In this document: positions 8,803-18,619 of the stretch, in pieces
Numbering within the stretch: the stretch's first letter is position 1
How the letters are laid out: each line of letters starts with the position of its first letter
Sequence record: SRR2962707_4930
Reading direction: 5' to 3' (one strand)
DNA: 44,369 bases
The notes under the pieces: model-generated
Told to the model about the DNA's origin: nothing
Databases searched by the model: none
The model's input: only the letters and a program-made list of their open reading frames with translations
Made by a program: the position numbers and the translations under genes

Positions 8803-9309
8803 ATGCAACTAACTGAAGATCAGCGGAAGTTCCGCGAAGGGATGAGCCGTATCGGCGCCGCAGTTAACCTGATCACCACTGACGGCGTTGCGGGACGGCA
8901 CGGGCTTGTTGCATCAGCGGTGTGCTCGGTAACGGATACGCCTCCTACCGTTTTGGTCTGTGTCAATCGCGCGGCTTATGTCCATGACAAGCTGATTCAA
9001 AACGGGGTTTTGTGCGTCAATGTTCTGGCCGCGCATCATCAGACCCTTTCGGGAATTTTTGCCCGTTACGTTGAAGGAGTCGACCGGTTTTCTCATGGCG
9101 ACTGGACCATTGCAGACACCGGCTCTCCAGTTCTGGTTGACGCCAATGTGTCTTTGGATTGCAAGATCGGAACCCGGGTGGAGCAGGGCACACATTCGGT
9201 CTTCTTTTGTGATGTCCTCTCAGTTCAGATCGATAACAAGATAAACCGAGCATTGGTCTATTTCAGCCGGGATTATCATCACTTAGAAGCGCGCGAGACC
9301 GTGCAGTAG
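8803..9309 (+). CDS. Flavin reductase (HpaC/RutF-like)
   Basis: FREGMSRIGAAVNLITT, CSVTDTPPTVLVCVN, GTHSVF and LVYFSRDY motifs. Confidence 0.9.
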   Translation: MQLTEDQRKFREGMSRIGAAVNLITTDGVAGRHGLVASAVCSVTDTPPTVLVCVNRAAYVHDKLIQNGVLCVNVLAAHHQTLSGIFARYVEGVDRFSHGDWTIADTGSPVLVDANVSLDCKIGTRVEQGTHSVFFCDVLSVQIDNKINRALVYFSRDYHHLEARETVQ

Positions 9310-9479
9310 ATTAGTTTTCGCGCATGAAGGACTGCCTAAAACGCTCGAGTTTCGACCGAGTTTTCGCAAGCCAGATTGTTGTGCAAAGCCGAAGCAAGGT
9401 TTGCCCTGTGCTAAGAAGCGTGAATTTTCGGTTGGTTCTTGGAGTTTCACTTACCGGTCAGGGAATACTTTTTTGCACT

Positions 9480-9508
9480 TTGAAATCGCAGAGCCCGCAA
9501 TGTAATCT
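9480..9508 (+). promoter_or_regulatory. Sigma-70-like promoter, probably leaderless, for the 9514 ORF
   Basis: TTGAAA-N17-TAATCT, 5 nt before the ATG. Confidence 0.55.
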
Positions 9509-9513
9509 GAGAT

Positions 9514-10026
9514 ATGGTCATCGCTCCAGCATACACACCCAAGCAAAGGCATCGTGCGGTAAACATGTCTGCTTTTTTGGGATGGTTGATGATCGCCGCA
9601 CCCGTGATCTTGAATCAATTTAACCCGTTATTGTGGTTCTGGTGTGCGGCCATTGGTTTACCCATCTCTTATATTGTTTGTTGGGTCATCGTAGCGCCAT
9701 TCCTAAGGAGAATTATGCGTCACCCAATCTCTTGGCCGAAAGCAGTCTATTGGGGGTTCGTCATTTCATTCTGTATCGCAACTATTAGCATTGCGATTGG
9801 TCGGTTTCTGGGGTGGATGCAATCTATAAATCCTAACTCTTATTCAAGGTTTGGACCGGATCACGCAGTTAGATCAATGGGTGGCATTTTGACACCCCAC
9901 GGGTGGTTGATGCTTGCTCAAAGGACAGCTCTATTTGTCTTGGCCGGAATTTGCATAGCCATAATCTTGCGTGCCATTATTGGTCCAGGCGAAGCAAAAG
10001 CTCCCCCTCTAACTGATGATGTATGA
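9514..10026 (+). CDS. Hypothetical integral membrane protein (about 4 hydrophobic segments)
   Basis: 170-aa ORF with several hydrophobic stretches, visibly more AT-rich than its neighbours, with a promoter immediately upstream. Confidence 0.65.
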   Translation: MVIAPAYTPKQRHRAVNMSAFLGWLMIAAPVILNQFNPLLWFWCAAIGLPISYIVCWVIVAPFLRRIMRHPISWPKAVYWGFVISFCIATISIAIGRFLGWMQSINPNSYSRFGPDHAVRSMGGILTPHGWLMLAQRTALFVLAGICIAIILRAIIGPGEAKAPPLTDDV

Positions 10027-10240
10027 CAATTCTCCGAGGTGGATCGAGGGCGTTTGCGGCGTTGCCGATATTCAATTAGATGTGCTCTTAGTAAACAGGC
10101 TATGCGATTGCTTTTTATGGTGGCCAAAATTGACCAAGCTGTGTGGCGCGTGTGGACGAATAATTTGAATTTTGTTTTGGTCGGCCGAAATTCTGATAAA
10201 GCCTTGCTCATAGCCACATGTTCATAACGGAACTCATAGG

Positions 10241-10657
10241 ATGATTGCCTACGTCACTGTCGGCGCAGATGACATTGCCCGCGCGAAGCGGTTTTATGCG
10301 GCGTTTCTGCCAACCCTTGGTTACGGCCTGAAAGAGGGGCCAGCAGGCCTAAGCTATGCGTTGCCAGTAGAGCTGGGGAAGTCTCCGACTTTGCCAGATT
10401 TCTACGTTAAACCGACCTTTGACGGACGTCCGGCCTCAGCCGGGAATGGTGCGATGACTGCATTTGAAGCGACCAGTCAACGTCAGGTTCGGGATCTTCA
10501 CGCCGCCGCCCTTGCTGCAGGTGGGCAGGATGAAGGTTCGCCGGGATTTCGCGCTGACTATGGGCCCCAGTTTTATGTTGGCTACCTGCGCGATCCGCAG
10601 GGGAACAAGATTGCTTTGTTTTCCAGCAACCCTAACGAACCCGGACGAGACGGCTAG
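10241..10657 (+). CDS. VOC/glyoxalase-family protein
   Basis: YVTVGADDIARAKRFY, GNGAMTAF, GGQDEGSPGFR and YLRDPQGNKI motifs. Confidence 0.92.
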   Translation: MIAYVTVGADDIARAKRFYAAFLPTLGYGLKEGPAGLSYALPVELGKSPTLPDFYVKPTFDGRPASAGNGAMTAFEATSQRQVRDLHAAALAAGGQDEGSPGFRADYGPQFYVGYLRDPQGNKIALFSSNPNEPGRDG

Positions 10658-10815
10658 ACCCAAAGGCAAAATGGATCATGGCGCGGGCGGTGCGAAAACC
10701 CTTGGCCTTGATGAAACAGACGTCGAATGGTTCTCAGCAACCGGACCTTAAGATAAGCGTTACACTGTTTGGTCCGAGACCAGCTTTGCAGCGTCGAGGG
10801 CCGGGCCCGTAACCA

Positions 10816-12174
10816 TCACACATTCATCAGCAAATGTTCACGTTCCCAAGGAGAGATAACTTGAAGGAACTCATCATACTCTGCACGTTTCACGATCTCA
10901 TAGACCCGGCAGAACTCTTCTCCCAAGACATCGCGTAATTCCGTATCATTGCCAAACAGCTCCAGCGCCTGTCCCAAGACATTGGGAATGTCACCTTCGC
11001 TTTGATAGGCGTCTCCCTTGAATTGGCGGGAGGGCCGAGTGGCATTCTTCATGCCGAGATAGCCACAGGCCAGGGACGCGGCGATCCCGAGATAGGGGTT
11101 ACAATCCATCCCGGCGAGCCGGTTCTCAACCCTTCGGGCCTCTGGTGAGGACAAGGGCACGCGAATTCCGGTTGTCCGATTGTCGCGCGCCCATTCGAGA
11201 TTGATCGGGGCCGCATGATCACGCACGTAGCGGCGATAGCTGTTCACATAGGGGGCGAAAACGGCGATCGCTGACGGCATGTGTTTTTGTAAGCCACCAA
11301 TGAAATGATAAAACGCGTCTGTTTCGCCTTCCTGAGGGCCGGCAAAGATATTCTGACCGGTTTTGATATCCAACACCGAATGGTGAATATGCATGGCAGA
11401 GCCGGGTTCATTGGCGATCGGCTTGGCCATAAAGGTGGCAAAACAATCATGGCGCAAGGCGGCTTCTCGGATCAACCGTTTGAAATAAAACACTTCGTCG
11501 GCCAATTTAATCGGGTCACCATGACGCAAATTGATCTCTAACTGACCGGCACCGCCTTCTTGCGTGATCCCATCAATTTCAAAGCCCTGAGCCTCTGCAA
11601 AATCGTAAATGTCGTCGATGACCGGGCCGAACTCATCCACCGCGGTCATGGAATAGGCCTGTCGCGCTGCTGCGGGTCTGCCAGAGCGCCCCATCATCGG
11701 CTTTATCTCATGCGCCGGGTCCAAATTACGGGCGACCAGAAAGAACTCCATCTCGGGCGCAACAATCGGCAACCAGCCTTCTTTGTGATAAAGCTCAACA
11801 ACACGTTTCAGAACATTGCGGGGGGCAAAAGGGATCGGTTCACCGTCACGGTCATAGGCGTCATGGATGACTTGCAGCGTCCAGTCCCCGGTCCAGGGTG
11901 CGGCGGTTGCCGTGCTCATGTCCGGATTCAGGATCATGTCTTTTTCAATAAACCCATCCTCGTCGGCGGCCTCTCCCCAGTCACCGGTGATGGTTTGGTA
12001 AAAGATACTATCGGGCAGGTGAAAATACTTCTGACGGGCAAATTTAGAGGCGGGCACGGCTTTACCTCGGGCGATGCCGGGCAAGTCTGCAACGATGCAT
12101 TCGACCTCGTCCAAACGGCGGCCTTCAAGATAGGCTTTGGCTGCATCGGGCAGGTCTTTTGTCCACTCAGTCAT
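10816..12174 (-). CDS. Glutamine synthetase-like protein (probable gamma-glutamyl-amine ligase, PuuA/PauA-like)
   Basis: APEMEFF, EGGAGQLEIN, FMAKP, GSAMHIHHS, NRTTGIRVP and VENR motifs. Confidence 0.9.
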   Translation of the reverse strand: MTEWTKDLPDAAKAYLEGRRLDEVECIVADLPGIARGKAVPASKFARQKYFHLPDSIFYQTITGDWGEAADEDGFIEKDMILNPDMSTATAAPWTGDWTLQVIHDAYDRDGEPIPFAPRNVLKRVVELYHKEGWLPIVAPEMEFFLVARNLDPAHEIKPMMGRSGRPAAARQAYSMTAVDEFGPVIDDIYDFAEAQGFEIDGITQEGGAGQLEINLRHGDPIKLADEVFYFKRLIREAALRHDCFATFMAKPIANEPGSAMHIHHSVLDIKTGQNIFAGPQEGETDAFYHFIGGLQKHMPSAIAVFAPYVNSYRRYVRDHAAPINLEWARDNRTTGIRVPLSSPEARRVENRLAGMDCNPYLGIAASLACGYLGMKNATRPSRQFKGDAYQSEGDIPNVLGQALELFGNDTELRDVLGEEFCRVYEIVKRAEYDEFLQVISPWEREHLLMNV

Positions 12175-12854
12175 TCGATCTTCCCGGTTTTAAAGAAATG
12201 CGCAAACTGAGCACCCATCTTTTGATTATTTGTCTTTGTTCCCAGCGCCATTTCGGCATCTCTGAGTTGGGCGTCAGGCACGACGCCCGGGCCGCGTTTT
12301 TCGATCAGCCCCTTGATAAAGACGTCTTGATATTCTGGGTGAGGTTGCACCGTATAGGCCCGGCCCGGATATAAGAGCGCAGCATGGGCACAAAAATCCG
12401 TTGACGCAATGGTCTGCGCGTCTTTTGGTGGGTCAATGACTTGATCCTGATGCCAGGCGTGCAGGGTCACCTCTTCTTGTCCAAATCGGTAACGAGTTGG
12501 ACCAACCGACCATCCGCCAGAGAATTTTTCGACCTTCCCACCCAGTGCCTGAGCAATGATTTGATGACCAAAGCAAACGCCGATCATTGGCTTTCCGGTC
12601 TTATAGATTCTCTGGATCAATTCTGAGAGCGGGGCGATCCACGGATGATCTTCATAAACCCCGTGGCGTGACCCGGTGATCAACCAGCCGTCCGCATCGT
12701 CAACACCGTCAGGGAATTGCCCCGACACCACTTGCCATGAAACAAAGTCAAAGTCGTTTCCGTCTAAAAGTTCGCGAAACATCTCGGGGTAATCGCGCGG
12801 ATCCTGATCAAGATCCTTGGGGGGAAGGCCAGTTTCGAGAATTCCGATTTTCAT
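12171..12854 (-). CDS. Type 1 glutamine amidotransferase (possible gamma-glutamyl hydrolase)
   Basis: LITGS, GVCFGHQ (nucleophilic Cys) and QPHPE motifs; 4-bp overlap with the downstream GS-like gene. Confidence 0.9.
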   Translation of the reverse strand: MKIGILETGLPPKDLDQDPRDYPEMFRELLDGNDFDFVSWQVVSGQFPDGVDDADGWLITGSRHGVYEDHPWIAPLSELIQRIYKTGKPMIGVCFGHQIIAQALGGKVEKFSGGWSVGPTRYRFGQEEVTLHAWHQDQVIDPPKDAQTIASTDFCAHAALLYPGRAYTVQPHPEYQDVFIKGLIEKRGPGVVPDAQLRDAEMALGTKTNNQKMGAQFAHFFKTGKIE

Positions 12855-12915
12855 AGGGCACCGGGTGGTTTGAAGGGGAAAATACAGGCTTGTTTGGTTC
12901 AGCTAATCCAAGTGA

Positions 12916-14265
12916 TCAGACCGTGTCCAAGTATATTTCAACCTGTTCTGTCGCGCTGAGCTCTGCCATGTAGAATTTCTCTTGTTTCTTTGTGGCAACG
13001 AAATTGCGGATCAGTTCTTTTGTGAAAAATCGCGGAATGACCTCGCTGTTTTCAAACGCCGAAATGGCCGTGCCCCAGTCAATCGGGATACGCGGCAAGC
13101 TTTGCGCATAGGCATTTCCGGTAATGGGCTGCGGCGGCTCTTTCTGGTCTTCCATGCCTACAAGTGCCGCGCCAAGAATGGCGGCGAGCATCAGGTAGGG
13201 GTTAACGTCCCCCCCGGCCACGCGATGCTCGATCCGGCGCGCTGCGGGTGCGCCACTGGGGATACGGATGGCCGCGGTGCGGTTTTCGTATCCCCAACAC
13301 AGCCCGGATGGGGCATGCGCATCAGGGACCAATCGATCATAGCTGTTCAGATGAGGGGCAAAGATAAGCGCGCTGTCATGCATTGCATTCAAACATCCAG
13401 CCACCGCATGGCGAAGCTGATCCGTGCCCTTCGGGCCACCGTCGTCAAAGATGTTCTTGCCGTCTTCGTCCAGAACAGAAAAATGGGTATGCAGCCCGGA
13501 TCCGGGATAGTCTTCGTAAGGTTTGGCCATAAAGGAAGCCGCAAACCCATGGCGACGGGCAAGCCCCTTGACCAGCATTTTGAAGAGCCAGGCATCATCG
13601 GCGGCGCGCAACGCGTCGTCACCATGCATCAAGTTTATTTCAAACTGGCCCAGACCGGCCTCGGAAATCGCAGTATCTGCAGGAATGTCCATCGCTTCGC
13701 AGGCGTCATAAAGATCGGTGAAAAAGGAATCAAACTGATCAAGCGCCCGGATCGACAAGGTCTCTGCTGCTTTGCGGCGCTTGCCGGAACGGGGCGAAAT
13801 CGGAATTTGCAAATTGCGCCCTGAATCGTCGATTAGAAAGAACTCAAGTTCGACGGCGACAACGGGGGTGAGCCCCTTGGCCTTGTAGCGCTTGACGACC
13901 GTATTCAACGCCTGTCTTGGATCCCCGTCAAAAGGGCGGCCATCTTCCCGGAACATCCAAATCGGCAAAAGAGCGGTAGGGGCCTCGAGCCAGGGCATGG
14001 GGACAAAACCGCGTTCAGTTGGCAAAAGAACACCGTCGGCATCGCCGCTTTCGAAAACCAACGGGCTGTCGTCGATGTCTTCGCCCCAGATGTCGAGGTT
14101 CAAGACAGAAAGCGGGAAGCGGGTGCCATCTTCTACAACCTTATCGGCGAACCGGGCCGGCACACGCTTGCCGCGAGGTTGACCATTGAGATCGGCAGCT
14201 GCGACCCGAATAGTGCGTATTTGCGGGTTCTTGCGTAAGAAGTTTTTTGTCAGAGCGCTTGGCAT
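12916..14265 (-). CDS. Glutamine synthetase-like protein
   Basis: ELEFF, EAGLGQFEIN, FMAKP, GSGLHTHFS, NRTAAIRIP and IEHR motifs; ATG start at 14265. Confidence 0.9.
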   Translation of the reverse strand: MPSALTKNFLRKNPQIRTIRVAAADLNGQPRGKRVPARFADKVVEDGTRFPLSVLNLDIWGEDIDDSPLVFESGDADGVLLPTERGFVPMPWLEAPTALLPIWMFREDGRPFDGDPRQALNTVVKRYKAKGLTPVVAVELEFFLIDDSGRNLQIPISPRSGKRRKAAETLSIRALDQFDSFFTDLYDACEAMDIPADTAISEAGLGQFEINLMHGDDALRAADDAWLFKMLVKGLARRHGFAASFMAKPYEDYPGSGLHTHFSVLDEDGKNIFDDGGPKGTDQLRHAVAGCLNAMHDSALIFAPHLNSYDRLVPDAHAPSGLCWGYENRTAAIRIPSGAPAARRIEHRVAGGDVNPYLMLAAILGAALVGMEDQKEPPQPITGNAYAQSLPRIPIDWGTAISAFENSEVIPRFFTKELIRNFVATKKQEKFYMAELSATEQVEIYLDTV

Positions 14266-14283
14266 GAAAACCTGTTGTGATTT

Positions 14284-14326
14284 TTTGATCAAATTTAGGA
14301 TAGCGGTGCATTGGGGCGCAATGCAA
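14284..14326 (-). promoter_or_regulatory. Promoter/operator region of the GS-like operon
   Basis: Minus strand TTGCAT-N18-TATCCT; palindromes TGCATTG-N5-CAATGCA (14307-14325) and TTTGATCAAA (14284-14293). Confidence 0.45.
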
Positions 14327-14728
14327 GAAAGCTTTCAAGGGACGGCCGTCTAAATCACTCAATGAGAGTTCCAAAGAGTTCCGGCTGAAAAGTTAGGCTG
14401 TTGCCTCATGGCGCGGCCTGTTTGATGCGGCTGATCTAAGGATGGGGCGGCGGTAATTCAGAAATTACAGGCGGAATTCCGGGGGAAACCGTCGCTATTT
14501 TGAGTATTTAGAAAGAGAAGATGATCAGGAAAACGGGTCAAAGAGCGATCGCTGTGCGAATTGTCACTGGGGTTTGGCGCGCAAGAGGCATCCGAGTTCT
14601 TAATAGCCGGATGTGGGGACGGATGAAGGTAAAGCTGTGGCCGTTATCCATAAAGCACAACGGACAGGTGTCAGATTTTAATGATCAAAAACCCGCTGTC
14701 GTTCCGAACTTGCGATTTGATTGTGATC

Positions 14729-15172
14729 TCAGGCGGCACCAGAGGCGACCTTTTGCCGGGCTACGGCGCTCTCCATATCACTGATGCCCAGCAAGGAAGA
14801 CACCAGCCTTAAGAGCGAGTCTTCTTCCGCCTCGCGTACGCCGTCGGCAAGGACGACCTGCCACAGCGCCTCGATCACAGAAATCCGGTCCTCGTGACTG
14901 ACGGAGTCTTTGATGGCGCGGGTGAACCTGACCGTATCCGGTGCTTCAGATTCAAGCTGTTCCGCGTCTTGACACAGTTTGCTGGCTTCAAAAGGTGAGA
15001 GATTGAAACGCGCAGTGGCAATACGGATTATCCACTGTCGCTCACTCTCATCGTAGTCCCCATCAGAGCGCGCGACGCGGACCAACAGAGCTGTAAGGGC
15101 CAAACGCGCATCAAGTTCGGCAAGCGGGGCGGGGGCAGGCTGGATCAGCCGCGTCAAGAATTCTGCAAACAT
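14729..15172 (-). CDS. TerB-family protein
   Basis: ALLVRVARSDG and LWQVVLADG...EEDSLLRLVSSLLGI TerB-like motifs. Confidence 0.85.
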   Translation of the reverse strand: MFAEFLTRLIQPAPAPLAELDARLALTALLVRVARSDGDYDESERQWIIRIATARFNLSPFEASKLCQDAEQLESEAPDTVRFTRAIKDSVSHEDRISVIEALWQVVLADGVREAEEDSLLRLVSSLLGISDMESAVARQKVASGAA

Positions 15173-15231
15173 AGAGGGTATATAGGGCTTGCAGCGGGGC
15201 AAGCCAATGTGGGAAAGCGGAAAAACACCTC

Positions 15232-15657
15232 TCAGGAAGGGTGTTCTGCGCCTTCAGGTGCAATGCCTAACTGTCGTTTGACAGTCTCAACCATCTCTGC
15301 TTCGCTTTCATGGGTGAATCCATCTGCGTTTGCAACATTCCACAACGCGTCGACGATTTCGCTGCGCTGTTCATACGAAACACCATCCCGCACAACACGC
15401 GCCAGATCGGCGGCCTGTGGCAATTGCGACGAGAGTTTCTCACATTTAGCGCGGTATTTTGCGGCATCCAGAGGCTTAAGGTTGAAAACCTTGGCCAGGA
15501 TCAGATCGATTTGTTCGACTTCGGAAAAGAGATAGGCTTCATCCGCCATTGCGACACGGACCAGCAATGTCCCAATTGCCAGTTGAGCGTCAGGTGGATC
15601 CAGGGCCTCAGGTTCTGCTGGCGCTGATTGAATAAGTTTTAGAATCCGCTCGAACAT
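15232..15657 (-). CDS. TerB-family protein
   Basis: LLVRVAMADE and LWNVANADG...E motifs; AGGAGG RBS before ATG 15657. Confidence 0.85.
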   Translation of the reverse strand: MFERILKLIQSAPAEPEALDPPDAQLAIGTLLVRVAMADEAYLFSEVEQIDLILAKVFNLKPLDAAKYRAKCEKLSSQLPQAADLARVVRDGVSYEQRSEIVDALWNVANADGFTHESEAEMVETVKRQLGIAPEGAEHPS

Positions 15658-15810
15658 GGCACGTGCCTCCTGTAGAAAATCTAACCGAAAAAGCATTTTT
15701 GGTCGAAGGGGAAATCTAGGAGAAATTACGCATTTTTTGCACGTATTGCGAGCGGCCTTCCATCCTGACCTGAGCAATTTTGGATTCGCCGTCAGGGCAA
15801 ACCTTGTCCG

Positions 15811-16599
15811 TCAGCTGGTGGATTGAGCGGCTTTAAAACGTTGTGTCAGCGCGCGCGCTTCTTCGGCCAAGCCGTAGGGGGGATTAATGACAAAAAGGCC
15901 AGAGCCGGTCATCCGGTGGCCTTTTCGGGCGGGCGGAAAATGCACCTCATGTCGGAGCGCTTCTGGAAAAAAAGCTTCGAGCCGATCCAACATCTCGGCG
16001 TGTGGTGCACCGGACAGCAGCGGGTACCAAAGCGCAAGAATCCCAACATTCCATTTTTTGTGTAATTTCTGAAAGGCCGCGGGAATGTCAGAATAGTCTG
16101 ATTTGACTTCATAAGAAGGATCGACCAATAACATGCCACGTCGAGGCGTTGGCGGGCAGAGGCTTTGAGCGAGCGCAAAGCCATCTTTCTGATAAACATG
16201 GGTGTTTCTTGCCCACATATTAATTTTGAGCGCAGAGAATTCCTGAGGGTGCAGTTCGGCCAGATGTAGCGTGTCTGTTTCCCGCAGTAAGGTTTGGGCG
16301 AAAAGCGGTGAGCCTGGGTAGGTCGTTTCACCCAAACTGTTTTTGATTGCGCGGAGCGCCCGCCGGTAGGGGTGATCCGGGGCAAACCAGTTTTCGGCGC
16401 GCTCGATACCCTGGGCCGCTTCACCCGTTTTTACAGCCTCTTCAGCCCGGAGGTCATAGAGACCCCGCCCGGCATGAGATTCGATATATGAGATTGGTTT
16501 GTCTTTTAAGGTCAGATAGTTAAGAATCCACGCGATCAAAGCGTGTTTCTGTACATCTGCCAGATTTCCGGCGTGGTAACTATGTTGATATGACAGCAT
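15811..16599 (-). CDS. rlmJ: 23S rRNA (adenine2030-N6)-methyltransferase RlmJ
   Basis: MLSYQHSYHAGNLAD, SHAGRGLY, YPGSP, ELHP, DPSYE, WYP and INPP motifs. Confidence 0.93.
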   Translation of the reverse strand: MLSYQHSYHAGNLADVQKHALIAWILNYLTLKDKPISYIESHAGRGLYDLRAEEAVKTGEAAQGIERAENWFAPDHPYRRALRAIKNSLGETTYPGSPLFAQTLLRETDTLHLAELHPQEFSALKINMWARNTHVYQKDGFALAQSLCPPTPRRGMLLVDPSYEVKSDYSDIPAAFQKLHKKWNVGILALWYPLLSGAPHAEMLDRLEAFFPEALRHEVHFPPARKGHRMTGSGLFVINPPYGLAEEARALTQRFKAAQSTS

Positions 16600-16729
16600 A
16601 TCCTGCCTTTAGGCGCTGATCGCTCCGGACGCAATAGCGCTCTGCTTTTGGAGCTGAACGTCGTGGCGTTTCACAATAGGCAGGCCTGGGATCTCGACAG
16701 AGCGTTGGCCCTGTCGAGAAAGATTTGCT

Positions 16730-18373
16730 TTAGACCAAGCGTGAGTTTTCTTTCGCGGCGCGCACGAAATCTTTGAACAGGGGATGGGGTTTGAAAGGTT
16801 TGGACTTAAGTTCCGGGTGGAACTGTACACCGATGAACCAAGGGTGGTCCGACCATTCAACGATCTCCGGCAAGCGCCCGTCAGGTGACATTCCGGAGAA
16901 GTTCAGGCCTGCGGCTTCGAGTTGCTCGCGGTAGGTGATGTCCACTTCGTACCGGTGGCGGTGCCGCTCATCGATGGCCTTTGTGCCATAGATTTCGGCA
17001 ACTTTGGAGCCCTCGGTCAAAACCGCATCATAGGCACCCAGACGCATGGTGCCGCCTTTGTCGTCGGCGACACTGCGGTTCACACGTTCGTTGCCCTGAA
17101 CCCATTCCTTGAGGTGATAAACCACAGGTTCGAAACGTTTTTTTCCAGCTTCATGGTCAAACTCTTCCGATCCGGCAGATTTGACGCCAGCGACGTTACG
17201 CGCCGCTTCGATCACGGCCATTTGCATGCCGAGACAAATCCCGAGATAGGGTATTTTATGTTCGCGCGCGAATTGCGCGGCTTTGATCTTGCCTTCAGTG
17301 CCGCGCTCACCAAAGCCACCTGGCACCAGAATGGCGTGATAGCCTTGCAAGTGTGGGGTGGGGTCTTCGCGATCGAAGATCTCAGCATCGACCCATTCAA
17401 CTTTGACCTTAACCCGGTTGGCCATGCCGCCATGGGTCAAGGCTTCGGCGATCGATTTGTACGCGTCTTCAAGCTGAGTGTATTTGCCAACAATGGCAAC
17501 TTTGACTTCGCCTTCTGGATTGTAAATCCGATCTGCCACGTCTTCCCAACGGGCGAGATTAGGTTTTGGCGCCGGGGTAATGCCAAACGCGTCCAACACG
17601 GCCTGATCCATACCTTCGCGATGATAGGCCAGAGGAGCTTCGTAGATGGACTTTAGATCCTGTGCCGCGATGACACTGTCAGAGCGGACATTGCAGAACA
17701 GAGCAAGTTTTTCCCGCTCTTTCTTTGGAATCGGGCCTTCGGAACGGCAGACCAGGATGTCGGGCGCCAGACCAATAGACCGCAGTTCCTTTACAGAGTG
17801 CTGCGTGGGTTTTGTCTTCAGCTCACCAGAGGCTTTGATGAAAGGCAGCAGGGTCAGGTGCATAAAGATACACTGGCCACGCGGTTTGTCCTGGCTGAAT
17901 TGGCGAATGGCTTCGAAGAACGGCAGGCCTTCGATGTCGCCGACGGTGCCGCCGATTTCACAGAGCATGAAATCCACTTCGTCTTCGCCAATTGAGATAA
18001 AATCTTTGATCTCATTGGTCACATGGGGAATCACTTGGATGGTTTTTCCAAGGTAATCACCGCGACGCTCTTTCTCCAAAACATTGGAATAGATACGGCC
18101 AGAAGAGATGGAATCGGTTTTGCGTGCACTGACACCGGTAAACCGCTCATAATGGCCAAGATCCAGATCCGTTTCAGCCCCATCGTCGGTCACAAAGACC
18201 TCGCCATGTTCGAACGGCGACATCGTGCCGGGATCAACGTTCAAATAAGGATCAAGTTTACGCAGACGAACCGAAAAGCCGCGTGCCTGCAACAAAGCGC
18301 CCAAGGCGGCAGAGGCCAAGCCTTTGCCCAAACTCGATACAACGCCGCCAGTGATGAAAATGAAACGTGCCAT
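16730..18373 (-). CDS. pyrG: CTP synthase
   Basis: [42 protein letters not shown] and QFHPE motifs. Confidence 0.98.
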   Translation of the reverse strand: MARFIFITGGVVSSLGKGLASAALGALLQARGFSVRLRKLDPYLNVDPGTMSPFEHGEVFVTDDGAETDLDLGHYERFTGVSARKTDSISSGRIYSNVLEKERRGDYLGKTIQVIPHVTNEIKDFISIGEDEVDFMLCEIGGTVGDIEGLPFFEAIRQFSQDKPRGQCIFMHLTLLPFIKASGELKTKPTQHSVKELRSIGLAPDILVCRSEGPIPKKEREKLALFCNVRSDSVIAAQDLKSIYEAPLAYHREGMDQAVLDAFGITPAPKPNLARWEDVADRIYNPEGEVKVAIVGKYTQLEDAYKSIAEALTHGGMANRVKVKVEWVDAEIFDREDPTPHLQGYHAILVPGGFGERGTEGKIKAAQFAREHKIPYLGICLGMQMAVIEAARNVAGVKSAGSEEFDHEAGKKRFEPVVYHLKEWVQGNERVNRSVADDKGGTMRLGAYDAVLTEGSKVAEIYGTKAIDERHRHRYEVDITYREQLEAAGLNFSGMSPDGRLPEIVEWSDHPWFIGVQFHPELKSKPFKPHPLFKDFVRAAKENSRLV

Positions 18374-18561
18374 GTGGCGCGAACCCCGTGATATTATTGC
18401 ATTTTTGTTGCCCGAGGTCCGAGCGACGGACCTTAGCACCACGGGACTTGAGACATACTAGATTCGGGCAGCGCTGTCCAGTCGACCGCAAGATGCTGTT
18501 GCGAAGACGACGATCTTGTCTATCTGTAGTAGTATATTTGGCGCATCTTTTTCAAAACACC

Positions 18562-18590
18562 AAAAAATAAACGGCCCCAAAATGGGGCCG
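18562..18590 (-). terminator. Terminator after secG
   Basis: Minus strand CGGCCCCA-TTT-TGGGGCCG followed by TTTATTTTTT. Confidence 0.75.
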
Positions 18591-18619
18591 CCTAATGGCC
18601 GTATTCCCTGAAAGGGCGA

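Noticed and set aside
12982-13824. Long antisense ORFs (also 7655-8149, 16922-17656, 23987-24898, 30269-30928, 38230-39060)
   Set aside because: Shadow frames of well-supported genes in GC-rich DNA; no recognisable motifs
14364-14382. GAGTTCC-AAA-GAGTTCC as a LexA box
   Set aside because: GTTC spacing is N6, not N7, and no SOS-type gene is adjacent
14644-14652. DnaA-box-like TTATCCATA
   Set aside because: Single mismatched copy with no cluster or origin context
14521-14784. 87-aa ORF in the GS-TerB spacer
   Set aside because: No motif, and it overlaps the TerB 3' end on the opposite strand
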